64,000 nucleotides of DNA from Psammoneis japonica. Lineage: Eukaryota. Below the pieces are notes generated by a model, which saw only the letters and a list, made by a program, of their open reading frames with translations, had not been told where the DNA came from and searched no databases. This document shows, piece by piece, positions 60,955 to 64,000 of the stretch. Both the position numbers and the translations under genes were made by a program. Numbering within the stretch: position 1 is the first letter of the stretch; each line of letters opens with the position of its first letter. The stretch spans positions 310,001 to 374,000 of the forward strand of contig QPGO01000020.1 of the NCBI GenBank assembly GCA_008632985.1, written 5' to 3'.

Positions 60955-63470
60955 GAATTCGATTTTACTGGTGGAGTCCTTTTTCGCCGTGGCACGTCCC
61001 AACCTTGTACTATCAGAAATAACAAATTGCAGCAAATGCGCCGCTCTTGCATTTGATTACGAGGCCGCCGACGTGAAACATCAAGGCGGCTTGTCTACGT
61101 CGTCCAGATCAAGCACCACAAACACGACGGCCTCACGTAGCGAGCGGCAAGCACAATCTTTTGCGCATCGACTTTTCAAGACGGGAGCTTTTGATATTCG
61201 GAACTGTAAGGCTTTGATTCTCAACAAACGCTGGGACCATTTGACTCGATTGCAAGCCTTGTGGATTTCGATTCTTCCATTCAAACAAAGGCACTCGATG
61301 CACTCTTGTCCTTTTTTACAAGATACCATTTTTCGATTGGAACAGGACGCAACCATTACAATCAATGACTTGAGGTGTGCGCACCCGTCTCGCATTATGC
61401 GCGTAGATTCCACTACGCTTCACGCCTTGCACATTTTTGCTACCGAGCATCATCCGCTCATGGCCAAGGGACAGGGACACGTCAAGGAAGGATTCAGTCT
61501 CTTTAGTTTGCTGGATCGGACCAAGTCAAAAGTGGGACGGCGATGTTTACGAGAATGGATGCTCAAGCCACTCTTGGATCGTGGCGAAATTGCCAAACGT
61601 CAAGACGGAGTGCTTTTCAATCTGGAAAACATTGATGACGTCAACAGGATCATGTCGCGAGTGAAAAAAGTGTCTCACTAAACCTATTTACGCTCGCCAA
61701 GACACTGGACGCGGCCTTGCGGATTTGTAACATTCTTACCGTGGACTTTGAGAGCCGACTCAAGGAGTGATTCAATGGACCCGGGCTGCTGAGCGTTATC
61801 TTGCTTTTGTCGGGCGTCTCTTGGATAAATGTGCCGTTCCTGTCATTCGGGATTTGTACGATCGAATCACTTCCATTGTCGATCAAGGCTTGAAGCTGGA
61901 TTCCAAAGAACACGTCATTATTCGAGAGGGCTTCCACGAAGAATAAGACGCGAACAGGCAGCAATACGAAAACCTTGGTGGTGCGTAACCGTGTCATTAT
62001 GATGTGTTATGATTTGCATATGGTACTCACAAATGTTCTGTAACCATTGCTCTCTTCCAACACACCAACACGCAGACTTGCTCATGTCGACGGCGGGCAA
62101 ATTAGCGACAAGCATGGCGAAGCAACAAGCATTCGAAACCGTAATGTAATTTTCATGCCGCAAGTAGGATTTCTCGTGGAACTCGAAAGACACCACTTGC
62201 CACCCCCTGTGCTACCCCCCACCGAAAGCTGATGCAAATGATACTTCGTCCCCGGATGCCGACGTACACCCGGGTCTACCGCCAGATTTTGATTTTATCT
62301 TTTCCATTGAAAACAAGCTTTGTTTCAAGAGAGATTGGGAATTTGGACGCCACCATCAAGGACTTTATTAGTATGGTCATCACAGAGCTTGAAGAAGACA
62401 TTCTTGATTGTGAAACAGAACTTCGAAGTACCTTTGGAGCGCTTGCTGAACTCGACTGTATTCTTTCCTTTGCATGCTACGCCGCCGACAACGACTACAA
62501 CAGGCCCCAGTTGCTCCCCATTGACCAAAAGTGTATTCACATCAAGAATGGCACTCATCCGTTACAAGAACTCATTGTAGACGGTGAATTCATTCGGAAC
62601 GACACAAGCATGAACGGGGAACAGAGTCGTGTCAATATCATTACCGGACCCAACTTGAGTTGCAAGAGTTGCTACACTCGTCAGGTTGGAATGCTTGTGT
62701 ACATGGCGCATATTGGATGCTACCTTCCCTGTGATGCTGCCAGGATTCCATGACGGATCAGATTTCTACGTGCATTAGTGCGGCTGAAACTTGCTTGGTG
62801 CCCCACTGCAGCTGTCAGCTCGATCTGACGCAGGTAGCTTATATTCTTTGGAGGAGCACCCAATCGTCGCTTGTGCTCATTGACGAATTTGGAAAAGGTA
62901 GGCACAGACTCTCTGGAGGAATCATGGTACAAAGTACTTCTAGCTGTTCGACACTCAACTCGTCTTGTTTTCCTTGCATACTTACATCACTGAAGGCACA
63001 AGCGCGTTTTTGGCGGCGGGAATTAACAAACTTTCGCGCATGAAATGCAAAGTCATTTGCACGACCCATTTCCTGGAAGTCTTTAGCTTGGGATTGCTAC
63101 GGGATGGCGCGGACGGAGTTTGTGCCCACCGAATGACGGTATACATTCCAGAGTCAAAGAGCGAGGACGAAGTAGAAGACTCTGGCGCAGCACCCTTATT
63201 CAAACTAGAGCAAGGCGTTGCCGAGTCGTCCGCAGGGCTTGTGTGTGCCGAGAGAGCCGACGTAAACAAGAAAGTCCTAACCCTTACCGCTACCAAAGAT
63301 GGACGCACCGTGCAACCGCTCCAAGAAAGCATGAATCTCTTAGAGCTAAAGCCAGAGGTGCAGGACGTCTTGCGCATGTTTCTGGGAGTCAACTCATAGG
63401 CAAATGCCACAGACGAACAGCTTCACGTGCTGGAACGTAAACTTGCTGTTATTTCTATCCCGTAGTAGGG
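60955..63470 (+). pseudogene. MSH5: MutS homolog 5 (meiotic) pseudogene
   Basis: TLHALHIF..EHHP...KEGFSLFSLLDRTKS..GRRCLREW, AELDCILSFA, HPLQE, ITGPNLSCKS (damaged Walker A), LVLIDEFGKG and TTHFLE. Many stops, frameshifts and deletions. Confidence 0.85.
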
Positions 63471-64000
63471 GCGTCGTAGTTGGGGGCAGCTTGTGCAGAC
63501 AACAAGTAGACAAGACCAAGACATGAACGAGTATGGGGGATCAATCCAAGGATTTCTGTTTTTCTTTTTGTGGCGCTTCTTGTGTGGGAAAAAGCGGCAC
63601 TTGTAGATGAGAACGCTGTAGCCAGTGTTGTAATTGAAGGGGCCTCTCTATCACGACATGATGGAGCAAGGGTATACTGAACCTTTTACATGCAGCTTCA
63701 ATCGCGAAATGGTCTTGGAACTCTCGCCACGGTGTAGCATCTCTTGTTCTCTTGTGTGAAAGTCGGTGAATACAATCATATGTCGGATGCGAGTAGCTGG
63801 TCTCGCACGGTGCTCTGCCCAGTCAGAATACGATATCCATACATAGCACAAGGTGGGTTACCTCTCTGCTGAGATTGTGCAATAGTACAGAGACTAGAAG
63901 TTACGGTGTTGACAATAAGATACTCGATACGGTAATGATAAATTTGTGAGAAGATTGTCGATCGTACTCGCTACAGTACTACTGTTGGTACTTTCATCCT

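Noticed and set aside
60526..61056. Organelle-derived insertion (NUMT/NUPT) or functional short ATP synthase beta
   Set aside because: It has a presequence-like leader and nuclear-like composition, and it is truncated before the P-loop.

Overview
Eukaryotic nuclear DNA, most likely a pennate diatom. This is inferred from the short GT-AG introns, a signal peptide with an AF-type plastid motif and the gene families present. Gene-rich blocks encode a PLOD-like glycosyltransferase, a J-domain protein, a CPA2 cation/H+ antiporter, a PRP40-like protein, an FG-GAP propeller protein and a ~2,400-aa protein with BPI-like repeats, PqiA-like domains and a RanBP2 zinc finger. These blocks alternate with four sharply bounded domains (~5.7-18.5, 24.9-27.3, 33.7-39.5 and 54.5-56.55 kb) that have lost almost all CpG and almost all TpA. 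Surviving TpAs are mostly in YTAR context. This points to a sequence-specific TAY>TGY (RTA>RCA) hypermutation process acting on repeat or silenced DNA alongside CpG decay, and it is the top candidate for an undescribed system. The first domain holds a ~10 kb, ~186-bp-monomer tandem array with higher-order structure. Also present are a PIF/Harbinger-type non-autonomous element, an ~0.85 kb segmental duplication, a DDX10 fragment and a chimeric ATP2-MSH5 pseudogene. Many genes carry single-base frameshifts in short homopolymers, probably long-read assembly errors. All counts and alignments were done by eye and family calls come from motif recognition, not database searches.
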